Part shown: positions 17,465-26,145 of the stretch, in pieces
How positions within the stretch are numbered: the first letter of the stretch is position 1
Layout: each line of letters opens with the position of its first letter
NCBI RefSeq assembly: GCF_000179635.2
Contig: NC_014825.1
Location: 240,001-272,000 of the forward strand
From: Ruminococcus albus 7 = DSM 20455
GTDB lineage: Bacteria > Bacillota > Clostridia > Oscillospirales > Ruminococcaceae
Direction: 5' to 3'
DNA: 32,000 bases
Position numbers and translations under genes: made by a program
The notes under the pieces: generated by a model
What the model was told of the DNA's origin: nothing
The model's database searches: none
The model's input: only the letters and a program-made list of their open reading frames with translations

Positions 17465-19055
17465 TATAAAGACAGCGGCAAACGTGACACTTATCCCTGC
17501 AAAGGAGCAGGCAAACAGCGTATTTACAGGCAAAAAGCTGAAAGTGGCGGCTTATTGCAGGGTCAGCACAGACGAAACCGAGCAGATGAACAGCTTCGGA
17601 GTACAGATCGCGTACTACACCGACTACATCGGCAGCCGACCCGACTGGCAGATGATCGGCATTTTTGCGGACGAGGGCATCAGCGGCACGCAGACCGAGA
17701 ACCGCACACAGTTCAACCGCATGATCGAGCTGTGCCGCAAGGGGCGCATCGACCTGATACTCTGCAAGTCGATCAGCCGTTTTGCGCGGAATACCGTCGA
17801 TTGCCTTGATTTCGTGCGTGAGCTGAAAAGGCTGAATGTGGCGGTACAGTTTGAAAAGGAGAACATCAACACGCTGTCGGTCAGTTCGGAGTTTGCGATA
17901 ACGCTGTACGCAAGCTTCGCGCAGGCGGAAAGCGAGAGCATCAGCCGCAACATAACATGGGGTATCGAAAAGTCGTTCAAGGAAGGCAACGTGCGGTATC
18001 AGATGAGATACACGCTGGGGTATCGGCTGGTGGACGGCGTTCCGCAGATAATCGAGGACGAAGCCGTGATCGTGAGGGAGATTTTCAGCCTTTTTGCGGG
18101 CGGTATGAGTCTGCGAAAGATAGCAGAAAGACTAACCTCTGAGGGTGCAGCCCGCAGAAATGGCAGCACCGTCTGGAACCGCGACCATGTGAACTCTATC
18201 CTCAAAAACGAAAAATATGTGGGAGACGCCATTTTGCAGAAGTACTATACGGTCGATTGCCTGACCCACACCTGTGCGAAGAACAACGGTCAGAAGCCAA
18301 AGTATCTGGTGCAGAACTGTCACGCCCCGATCATCGACCGCGAAACTTGGGACAGGGTGCAGCTGGAGTTGTCCCGTCGCAGTGCTATGACGAAAGGCAA
18401 CGCTCGCGGGGGACGTTACCGCACTGAATACGCCCTGAGCGAGCTGCTCGTCTGCGGCAGCTGCGGCTGCAATTACAAGCGTGTGCTGTGGAAAAGTGGC
18501 ACCGGCAAGCGTGCCGTGTGGCGCTGCAAAAGCACTCTTGACGGTGGTAAGGCGAGGTGCGATTCGCCCAGCCTGCACGAGGAAGCACTGCACAGCGCGA
18601 TAGTGAGGGCGATAAACGAGCAGATACTTGACAGTAGCGGCTTTGATAGACAGTCTGCTCTTTCCGCAGATACCCTTGAATCCGAAAACGCCGACCTTGA
18701 ACGCAGGATAGCTTCGGTCAGTGCTCGCCTTGGAGAAATAGAAGTTGAGCGTAACCGCCTGCTTGCGGATATTTCTGCTATTCCTGCCGACGTTCTTGGT
18801 AGCAAGTTAAAGCTCCTGCACACGGAGGAACAGGAGCTGAAATCCAAACTTGATGAACTGAACAGCAAGCGCGATTCGGGGCGGCATGATCTGTACCGTA
18901 TCAAGGCGGCGAGGAATCTGACGCATGGTATTGAAGCGCTCGGGGAGTTTGATAATGATCTGGTCAGACAGGTTGTTGAGGAGATCACTGTTAAGAGCGC
19001 TGATAAGGTCGTTGTGAAGTTTTGTGGTGGCGAGAAGGTAACAGTTAAGGTTTAA
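17457..19055 (+). CDS. large serine recombinase A2 (ortholog of B1)
   Basis: Start MSNIKTAANVTLIPAK lies 8 nt after AAAGGAG and overlaps the A1 stop by 8 nt. Motifs AAYCRVSTDE, SISRFARNT and FAQAESESISRN, and Zn ribbon CGSCGCNY...WRC. Confidence 0.85.
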   Translation: MSNIKTAANVTLIPAKEQANSVFTGKKLKVAAYCRVSTDETEQMNSFGVQIAYYTDYIGSRPDWQMIGIFADEGISGTQTENRTQFNRMIELCRKGRIDLILCKSISRFARNTVDCLDFVRELKRLNVAVQFEKENINTLSVSSEFAITLYASFAQAESESISRNITWGIEKSFKEGNVRYQMRYTLGYRLVDGVPQIIEDEAVIVREIFSLFAGGMSLRKIAERLTSEGAARRNGSTVWNRDHVNSILKNEKYVGDAILQKYYTVDCLTHTCAKNNGQKPKYLVQNCHAPIIDRETWDRVQLELSRRSAMTKGNARGGRYRTEYALSELLVCGSCGCNYKRVLWKSGTGKRAVWRCKSTLDGGKARCDSPSLHEEALHSAIVRAINEQILDSSGFDRQSALSADTLESENADLERRIASVSARLGEIEVERNRLLADISAIPADVLGSKLKLLHTEEQELKSKLDELNSKRDSGRHDLYRIKAARNLTHGIEALGEFDNDLVRQVVEEITVKSADKVVVKFCGGEKVTVKV

Positions 19056-19091
19056 TATTTTATCATCTTTGCGGTCATCTCTTTTTCAAAA

Positions 19092-20171
19092 GTGGAATAT
19101 GCTTGGTTTACGATGAGCAAGGAAGTTGAAGTTACAGGAATTAAGATGACAGCTTCAGTTCCTGAGAATATTCAAGTTTCACTTGGTGCTGGTACAAATG
19201 GTACAGCAGGTTTAACAGGCGCTTCGTTTGTGGAAGCAAACGATGGTTCAACTCGTACACTTACTGTCACAACTCCTAGTGTAGCAGACGGAACAACAGA
19301 TTGGACTAATACTGTTGCAATATCCGATTACTATACTTTTGGTCGTTTGACTCCTGCTACATCAAAAGATGGCAATGATATATTCTTTACTTCTGATGCT
19401 ACTAGAGCTGGTCGTGCGCTGTTACAAGACACTTATGATGCAAATCAAAAAGCACTTACTGGTAAGAGTTATGCGGCATTCGTTCAAGCAGATACAGCTG
19501 CAACAAGTAAATATCAGGCATGGACAGAGCCTAATGATGTAACTGGTGCTTCAATGACCACAACCACAAAGGGTGCTACTACTAATGTGACTATTGCGGA
19601 TATTGATAAGACTGGTGGAGGTTACTATGTTGACATTCCTGTATGGTTTAGAACATCTATTACGGGTGCGGAAAATGAGAATGTTCAGCTTGCTGTAATC
19701 GCAACAATTACTCCTAAAAAGACAGGTGCTACTGCTGATGCAGTAACTACGCCTGATTTGTATCTTGCTGCTCGATGTGCATTGATTCCTAGTGGTGGAA
19801 GTGCAGTTGGAGCAATTATGGATAGCACAACAAAGTATTACCATACTGAAGAGGGCGCTGTAGATAGTGTTAATGGTTATGCTCCAGCATCTGCGTATAC
19901 AGTAAATGCTGCAACCGATAATTCGACTGCTCCTACATGGGTTCAGGTAGATCCTGTTACACAAGCCACAACTGCGGCTATAAATGATGGAATTGCTGGT
20001 GATGGTGAGGCGGTAGTCCTTGTGCCTAAGTCTACATCAACAAGTGGCGAATATGGCTCTGCTGCCGCTTATACTTTACGTGTTTGGCTTGAAGGCGAAG
20101 ATGTTAACTGCTGGGATGAAACTGCCGCTCAGGACTTCCAGATTGATCTTAGATTCATAAGAAAGAGCTAA
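19092..20171 (+). CDS. TasA/camelysin-like paralog c2, leader truncated by the A2 stop codon
   Basis: The frame is open from 19056, directly after the A2 TAA and in the same frame (YFIIFAVISFSKVEYAWFTMSKEVEVTGIKM...). No RBS. C-terminus is YTLRVWLEGEDVNCWDETAAQDFQIDLRF. Confidence 0.6.
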   Translation: MEYAWFTMSKEVEVTGIKMTASVPENIQVSLGAGTNGTAGLTGASFVEANDGSTRTLTVTTPSVADGTTDWTNTVAISDYYTFGRLTPATSKDGNDIFFTSDATRAGRALLQDTYDANQKALTGKSYAAFVQADTAATSKYQAWTEPNDVTGASMTTTTKGATTNVTIADIDKTGGGYYVDIPVWFRTSITGAENENVQLAVIATITPKKTGATADAVTTPDLYLAARCALIPSGGSAVGAIMDSTTKYYHTEEGAVDSVNGYAPASAYTVNAATDNSTAPTWVQVDPVTQATTAAINDGIAGDGEAVVLVPKSTSTSGEYGSAAAYTLRVWLEGEDVNCWDETAAQDFQIDLRFIRKS

Positions 20172-20207
20172 TCTTTATAGTATATGAACTCATAAATTAT
20201 GCAATAT

Positions 20208-20239
20208 AGCCCCTCTCTCCAAATTCGGAGAGAGGGGCT
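20208..20239. terminator. bidirectional hairpin between convergent c2 and c3
   Basis: agcccctctctcc-aaattc-ggagagaggggct gives a 13-bp perfect stem. Confidence 0.75.
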
Positions 20240-20271
20240 TATGGTATGCTTTATGGTTTTATATACAACTA

Positions 20272-21534
20272 TTAGCTTTCGATCTTTGCAAACTTCAGAG
20301 CAATTGCCCAATCCTGTCCAGCATTATCATTCCAGCATTCAAAGTCTTCACCATCAAGCCAAACTCTTATGATGAGCTTCTTAGCAGCACCATACTGTCC
20401 ATTAGTTGTACTACCTGCAACAGTTGCTACATTAGACCAGGCAGAAGCAGCAGAAGTAGGTGTTATGCAAGTGTAGTCAGTATAAGTACCAGCATAAGTA
20501 TCAACCACTCCATCACCATCGGGATCAGTTGCTGTTGTAGCTGCTGCACTTACGCCAGCATACATCTGCCCCTCAGCACCCTTGGCATACTTTGGCTGAT
20601 TTGCAGCAGTAAGTGCTGACGGAAGAGTTCTGCCAGTAGTAGCAAGGTTAGCAGAGTCGACAACAGATGTAAGAGTATTAGCCCACGGATTTGCAACGCC
20701 TGTAATAGCTGAAAATGTTCCATCTGTAACATTAGCTGATGTATCCCATGCATCTTTCAAAGGAATTATATTATTAGTGTTTGCAACTGCTGCATCACCT
20801 GCGGTACAAGCAACAGCACCAGTAGAAGCATTTTCAGAAACTGTCTCACCATCAAGGATTGCAACCCTAATTGCTCTGTACAGTTCAAGATCTGTTTCCT
20901 TGTTTGATGCGCCTTCGCCAGTATTTAAACTTCCAGGTAAAACATAGCCATCAACAGAAAGATTTATAGCTTCATTAGAAGAGGTTCTAAGCCATATAGG
21001 AATGTCAACATAATAACCATCATCTTTTGTTTTATTCCAAGTATCTGCCTGAGCATAAGCACCTGTACCTACAACGTTCCAGTTATCAGCTGTTGAAGTC
21101 TTAGCATGCAGCGTAGTTTTGTAAGTTGTTCCAGTGCCAGCGTCCGCAACAGGTGTGAGTTTATCTGTCGCTTGATAATAAGAAGCATTACCCTTAACTG
21201 TTTTACCAACACCATTTGCATCAGGCGTAAAGAATATCTCTCTGCCGTCATATGAAGATGCAGGTATCAATCTACCAAACTGGTAATAAGCACTTATATC
21301 TGCACTATTTGACCAATCCCACGATTTTTCAGGAGCAGAAGCACCGCCATTGTCAGCAGCACCAGCCGATGCAGAATACAGAACACCAGTACTAGCTCCA
21401 AGAGAAACACCATTCTCATCAACTTCAGCAGAATTGGGTGTATCGACATCTGCTAATCTTCCTAACGAAATCTGCAGGTCTTCTGGTACGGTTGCAGTCA
21501 TCTTAATACCTGTGACTTCAACTTCCCTGCTCAT
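20272..21534 (-). CDS. TasA/camelysin-like paralog c3, leader truncated
   Basis: The frame is open up to 21588 (AVLRLCIYTVKAIYAWFTMSREVEVTGIKMTATVPEDLQISLG...), with an in-frame TAG at 21589-21591. No start codon or RBS upstream of the internal Met. Confidence 0.6.
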   Translation of the reverse strand: MSREVEVTGIKMTATVPEDLQISLGRLADVDTPNSAEVDENGVSLGASTGVLYSASAGAADNGGASAPEKSWDWSNSADISAYYQFGRLIPASSYDGREIFFTPDANGVGKTVKGNASYYQATDKLTPVADAGTGTTYKTTLHAKTSTADNWNVVGTGAYAQADTWNKTKDDGYYVDIPIWLRTSSNEAINLSVDGYVLPGSLNTGEGASNKETDLELYRAIRVAILDGETVSENASTGAVACTAGDAAVANTNNIIPLKDAWDTSANVTDGTFSAITGVANPWANTLTSVVDSANLATTGRTLPSALTAANQPKYAKGAEGQMYAGVSAAATTATDPDGDGVVDTYAGTYTDYTCITPTSAASAWSNVATVAGSTTNGQYGAAKKLIIRVWLDGEDFECWNDNAGQDWAIALKFAKIES

Positions 21535-21852
21535 GGTAAACCAGGCATATATCGCTTTAACGGTATAGATACATAGCCTTAAAACCGCCTAATATCGTCA
21601 TTTTTCACACTTTATTTGAACGTTCAAAAAAGTGTGTTTTCGTAGATGACCGAGCCTATTTTGTACCGACTTTCATTTTCAATATCTAAAATTGATATTT
21701 CGTATATCAATCATTCATAGCTGTGATATTGAACGCAAAAAATAATAATATAATAATTTTAACCTCGCATTTCTTATTCATCGTGACAAAATATCGGTGC
21801 ATTATTTATCCATAGTGAACTTGTAATTTGTTTCGATAAAAGCACAAAGCAA

Positions 21853-21890
21853 TCTCCCCTTGTATCATTGAGAAATAATACAAGGGGAGA
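21853..21890 (-). terminator. terminator hairpin after the AAA-ATPase gene
   Basis: tctccccttgtat ... atacaaggggaga forms a 13-bp perfect stem with a 12-nt loop, 27 nt beyond the stop at 21917. Confidence 0.65.
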
Positions 21891-21916
21891 AATTATCTCT
21901 GTGAAATTTTGAAAGT

Positions 21917-23518
21917 TTACTTTGTGACCGTTTCTATCGTGCAAGTATGAACCTTAGTCTTTTCATCATAGTTGATGCCGACAAGTATGATCTTACCTTT
22001 ACGGTTCTTTAGGATAGTCGGATATTCACGGTCTTTGATCTGCTGAATGGCTGCCGTGTCAGACTTGTTCCATTTCAGCTCGATAACAAGTGTCGGATCG
22101 GTAGCCTTACGAGGAATGAAAACAACATCAGCGATACCCTTACCGCTTGGAAGCTCCTCGATCTTCATGTAGTTATCAACACAAACGATATAGGCAAACT
22201 TGATAACATACCTGAGTGCCTGCTCGTCATTGTAATAGGTGGGAGCATAGTTCATCATACGAATTTCGTCAATGGCTTTCGCAACAGCTTCTTCATTTCC
22301 GCTTATTGTATCTTGCAGGAGCTTTTTGGAATTACTGAGAAGATCGACCAGCACTTCATGCTTGGTCATTTTAAGGATATTGGAAAATTCAAGCCTGATT
22401 TCGTCGTTCGGGATATGAACAAACTCCCTGATGATCTCGTCCTCGTCATCGCCCTCTCCGAGTATCTCAACTTTCTGTTCGTATGCCAGATAGCCGAGGT
22501 GAACAAGTAAGGTCAGAACATCGTCTTTCAGCTTGAATCCTGTTACGTCATTCTTAAAACTGCTTGTGTTGATCTCAATGGTCTCGCCAGCAATAAGCTG
22601 TGCAATATCCCCTTGCAGACCTTCTTCGTCCATTTCAATATAGTCAAGCAGATTATCCGCCGCCGAGGTCTGTCTCCAATACGATGTGTATTTTTTCTTT
22701 TTGGCAGCACAGATAACCGAATACGGGTTGTAAACAGACTGAACATCACCAACAGTATAGCCGTCATACCATTTCTTCATCTTGCGGAAGTCAGCGTGAT
22801 ATTTGTCGCATATCTTATGAACATCTTCTTCCAAAAAACCAGTATATTTTGCAAATTCATCAGGCTCTATGATTGAATGTTCCTCAAAATCAGATATAGC
22901 AGACTGTGAACCATCTTTCTTTATAGGCAGGATACCTGTCATATATGCTGCGGCAAATATCTTGGGCGTTGTTGAACTGCTTTTAAAAAGCATACGCAAG
23001 AACAGTAGGTATTCTTTGGAATTGACCATAGACTCACGAATGGGTGCGTCCCACTCGTCTATTATCATCACAATTTTTCTGCCTGTTTTTTCTACTGCGT
23101 TAATAAGCGTTTGATCGAATGATGAACCTTTTATGATGTTTGTATCAGTAGCAAGGATTTCATTTTCAACGTTGTCCTTAATGAATTGAATCAGCTTCTC
23201 AGGTTCAACTTTTTCAAGCAAATTTGTCATATCAAGATAAATAACATGATATTTATTGATATTACTCTCATAGGTTCTATCGCTGCTGATCTCATACTTT
23301 TCAAAAAGGCTGTGAGAATCGCAAGTGTAGTCATAGTAGGCACAAAGCATTTTAGCAGCATAAGACTTGCCGAAACGGCGCGGACGGCTGATACACACCA
23401 ATTTGCTCGGAGTATTGATACGCTGATTTATCAAGGCGATAAGACCTGTCTTATCAATGTAGTCACCATTCAGCACTTCCTCAAATCCGCTGTTGCCGGG
23501 ATTGAGATATGTTCCCAT
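21917..23518 (-). CDS. AAA-ATPase-like / PD-(D/E)XK nuclease fusion protein (AAA-ATPase_like + PDDEXK_9 architecture)
   Basis: Start MGTYLNPGNSGFEE follows GGAGGTG; the track ORF extends to 23584. Walker A PRRFGKSYAAK, Walker B VMIIDEWD, and C-terminal nuclease core GIADVVFIP...LVIELKW. Confidence 0.75.
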   Translation of the reverse strand: MGTYLNPGNSGFEEVLNGDYIDKTGLIALINQRINTPSKLVCISRPRRFGKSYAAKMLCAYYDYTCDSHSLFEKYEISSDRTYESNINKYHVIYLDMTNLLEKVEPEKLIQFIKDNVENEILATDTNIIKGSSFDQTLINAVEKTGRKIVMIIDEWDAPIRESMVNSKEYLLFLRMLFKSSSTTPKIFAAAYMTGILPIKKDGSQSAISDFEEHSIIEPDEFAKYTGFLEEDVHKICDKYHADFRKMKKWYDGYTVGDVQSVYNPYSVICAAKKKKYTSYWRQTSAADNLLDYIEMDEEGLQGDIAQLIAGETIEINTSSFKNDVTGFKLKDDVLTLLVHLGYLAYEQKVEILGEGDDEDEIIREFVHIPNDEIRLEFSNILKMTKHEVLVDLLSNSKKLLQDTISGNEEAVAKAIDEIRMMNYAPTYYNDEQALRYVIKFAYIVCVDNYMKIEELPSGKGIADVVFIPRKATDPTLVIELKWNKSDTAAIQQIKDREYPTILKNRKGKIILVGINYDEKTKVHTCTIETVTK

Positions 23519-23563
23519 AAAAATCACCTCCGTGATCGTAACACGATACACTTTATCTATTCT

Positions 23564-23592
23564 ATTATACCCTATATCAAACAAAATTGCAA
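23564..23592 (-). promoter_or_regulatory. promoter TTGCAA-17-TATAAT for the AAA-ATPase gene
   Basis: On the minus strand, TTGCAA is at 23592-23587, followed by a 17-nt spacer, then TATAAT at 23569-23564. Confidence 0.55.
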
Positions 23593-23651
23593 GAGGTCAC
23601 AACTAATTTCTTCCGAAAAATCGTAGGCTGTGACCTCCTGCATATGTAACA

Positions 23652-25289
23652 TTACTTCTCTACCGCCACATTCATTTCATGCCCATCCTTGAAGATGATC
23701 TGCACCTCGTTCTTGGACAGTACCCTGATAACCTCAATGACCTTGCGGACGGTCACATCGTCATATTCGGCAAGGTGGCAGTCATGACGGCGCAGCTCCT
23801 CACCGACAGCCATGAGAGCGTATTTCTTCTCATCACTCAGCTTGGCTTTGGTCTGCATATCGTCAAGCTGGGTTTTCAGGTAGGCTTCCTCGTCGTTCAG
23901 GCTCTCAAAGTTTTTGTCGAGGGCATCTTCATCGACTGCACCGCTTGTGATCTGACGGACAAGTGAATCCCTCTCGTCCTCTATTTCTTCAAGGCGTTTC
24001 TGTATTTTGGCAGTCTGTTTCTGCATATCGCCATTGTCGCCGATGACAGCAAGGATATTCTGCTCCATTCGGGCAAGCATATCGCCGTTTCGGGAATAGA
24101 CAGCGTTCAGAGCCTTGACGATAGCATTTTGCAGGCTTTCTTCGCTGATTGAGGGAGAATGTTTGCAGTATTTACTGCCGTGATCGAGCCTGCTGATACA
24201 CCGCCACACGATACGCTTGTGACCGTGTGAAGTCCATGTTACCCTTCGGTATGCCGTTCCGCACTCTCCGCATATTAGAATATCGGTCAGGGCGTATTTG
24301 CTTGAATACTGCCCCAATTCCGTCCTTGCCTTTGCAGAGCGTTTCTTGATCGCTCCACGCTTCGCAAGTTCCTGCTGAACACGATTATATGTATCACGGT
24401 CGATAATGGCAGGGTGGCAGTCATGAACGATGTACTTATTTTTCTCGCCGTTGTTCTTGACACGCTTGTGGGTGATGCAGTCGATGGTGTAGCTTTTTTG
24501 GAGGATTGCATCGCCTGCGTATTTCTCATTTTTGAGGATGAAATTCACATTCGCCCTGTTCCATGTTGACGAACCGCTTCGGCGTTTGATACCCTCCGAC
24601 TGCAATTGATCTGCGATGCCCTGCATACTCATACCGTCAAGAAACATGACATAGATACGGCGGACAATCTCCGCTTCTTCCTCCACTATATACGGCACAC
24701 CGTCCTCGCCCATGCGGTAGCCGAGTGTCTTGTCGAGAACATACTTGACCTTGCCCTCACGGAAAGATTTCTCGATACCCCACGATACATTTTTGCTGAT
24801 ACTCTCGCTCTCTGCCTGAGCGAATGAACCATACAGCGATATGATAAATTCGCTGTTCATCATCATGGTGTTAATGTTCTCTTTCTCAAAAATAACGCCA
24901 ATGCCGAGCAGTCTCAGTTCACGGATATATTCAAGACAATCCACAGTATTTCGGGCGAAACGGCTGATTGACTTGCACAGCACAAGGTCGATTTTCTTTT
25001 GCTGACACTTGCGTATCATCTTGTTGAACTGCTTGCGGTTCTTGGTCTGCGTACCGCTGATGCCCTCGTCTGCGAATATGCCTGCAAGCGTCCATTCGGG
25101 GTTGGAGTTGATGAGGTTCGTGTAGTATTCTATCTGCACCTGATAGCTGTTCGCCTGTTCCTCGCTGTCGGTGGATACACGGCAGTAGGCAGCCACACGA
25201 ATTTGCCTGTATTTGGACTGTTTCAGCTCGGCAGGCGAGAGGGCAGGTATCATCGTAACATTGGAAGCCATATCGTTATTCTTCGGCAT
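23652..25289 (-). CDS. large serine recombinase B1
   Basis: Motifs AAYCRVSTDSEEQ, SISRFARNTVDCL and FAQAESESISKN, Zn ribbon CGECGTAY...WRC and a coiled-coil tail. GGAGG RBS. Aligns along its whole length with A2. Confidence 0.9.
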   Translation of the reverse strand: MPKNNDMASNVTMIPALSPAELKQSKYRQIRVAAYCRVSTDSEEQANSYQVQIEYYTNLINSNPEWTLAGIFADEGISGTQTKNRKQFNKMIRKCQQKKIDLVLCKSISRFARNTVDCLEYIRELRLLGIGVIFEKENINTMMMNSEFIISLYGSFAQAESESISKNVSWGIEKSFREGKVKYVLDKTLGYRMGEDGVPYIVEEEAEIVRRIYVMFLDGMSMQGIADQLQSEGIKRRSGSSTWNRANVNFILKNEKYAGDAILQKSYTIDCITHKRVKNNGEKNKYIVHDCHPAIIDRDTYNRVQQELAKRGAIKKRSAKARTELGQYSSKYALTDILICGECGTAYRRVTWTSHGHKRIVWRCISRLDHGSKYCKHSPSISEESLQNAIVKALNAVYSRNGDMLARMEQNILAVIGDNGDMQKQTAKIQKRLEEIEDERDSLVRQITSGAVDEDALDKNFESLNDEEAYLKTQLDDMQTKAKLSDEKKYALMAVGEELRRHDCHLAEYDDVTVRKVIEVIRVLSKNEVQIIFKDGHEMNVAVEK

Positions 25290-26145
25290 TGTTAACCTCC
25301 TTGTATGCGATGCGCTTTCCGTTTCTGAACTCTATCGCTATAACCTTGTTTTCATCAACGGTTATTCTGCTTACGATCTGCAATAAAAGCTCCGTATCAA
25401 TCGTTTCGGAAGGCTCATGTCCTGCAATCAGGTCTTGAAGCTCCTGCGTGATATACGGCTCTCTGCTGTATGTGCAGGCGTTGTATTTCATGACTGCCAG
25501 CGCAAGCGTTTTCGACTTTATCAGCTCATATTCAATGGGCTGAACAGCACAGAGCTGAGATATTTCCTTTTCTGCCTGCCGTATTTCTTCGGTAGGCTCA
25601 TACACAGTCAGAGGCGTACCTGTTTCAAGCATATCGGAATTACCGACAACATCGTTCATAATGCTCTGCACCACCGACACGAAATAATCATCGGGAATCC
25701 TCGGCTTAAAGTTCGCACAGCCCTTACGAGTACACCGCCACCGTTTGTAGCCTGTCCTGTCGGAGAAATGCACCATATTCGTACCGCACACGGTACAATA
25801 GGACAGCTTTTTCAGCACCGTGTAGGTATCGGGGACTTTCACTTTTTTGGCTGAGTTTCCGATATTTGAAGCGCCGAAAATGTCCTCCGAAATGATTGCA
25901 GGATAGCCGTCCGCACCGCAGTACCGCCCGTCACGGAGAATGCCGTACACCTTGTCGATAGCTTTTTTCTTATCCTCCGAGAAATAGGGTATCTGTTCAT
26001 CATAGAGTGCTGCACCGATCTTACTGCCAGATAAGCCGTTTGCCTTTTCGTCAAAGATACGGCGGATTATCTCGGCTTCACCAATATCAACAGCGATCCT
26101 GCCCTCTGCCCAAATGTAGCCGTAGGGGGTCTTTTTAATTGCCAT
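25276..26145 (-). CDS. recombinase-domain/zinc-ribbon protein B2 lacking the resolvase catalytic domain
   Basis: Begins MAIKKTPYGYIW, at the point where the LSR recombinase domain starts. There is no Y-x-R-x-S serine motif. Zn ribbon CTVCGTNM...WRCTRKGC. Overlaps both B3 and B1. Confidence 0.75.
   Translation of the reverse strand: MAIKKTPYGYIWAEGRIAVDIGEAEIIRRIFDEKANGLSGSKIGAALYDEQIPYFSEDKKKAIDKVYGILRDGRYCGADGYPAIISEDIFGASNIGNSAKKVKVPDTYTVLKKLSYCTVCGTNMVHFSDRTGYKRWRCTRKGCANFKPRIPDDYFVSVVQSIMNDVVGNSDMLETGTPLTVYEPTEEIRQAEKEISQLCAVQPIEYELIKSKTLALAVMKYNACTYSREPYITQELQDLIAGHEPSETIDTELLLQIVSRITVDENKVIAIEFRNGKRIAYKEVNNAEE

Larger units (their letters stand above)
15299..19055 (+). mobile_element. 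large-serine-recombinase module A (two genes), visibly more GC-rich than its flanks
   Basis: Two overlapping LSR genes lie between a terminator and the truncated c2 leader. Composition shifts at both edges. Confidence 0.45.

Noticed and set aside
15533-18988. Long minus-strand ORFs (15533-16249, 16298-16747, 17624-17989, 18132-18593, 18473-18988)
   Set aside because: They are antisense to the LSR genes A1 and A2. They are Arg/Ser/Cys-rich translations typical of shadow ORFs in GC-richer DNA.
19053-19091. Stop-codon read-through fusing LSR A2 to the c2 protein
   Set aside because: Sharing a frame has a 1-in-3 chance expectation. I saw no read-through context or recoding signal, and a recombinase-fibre fusion makes no biological sense. 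The junction is kept only as a positional clue.
14400-21300. Diversity-generating retroelement as the source of the variable T/A/G-rich regions in the three paralogs
   Set aside because: There is no reverse transcriptase gene and no template/variable repeat pair in the window. The divergence is spread along the genes with indels.
21541-21605. Alternative-frame mini-ORFs (VKNDDIRRF-stop, MTILGGFKAMYLYR-stop) as a frameshifted c3 signal peptide
   Set aside because: Stitching them together needs two frameshifts. The result is still not hydrophobic enough for a leader, and there is no RBS.
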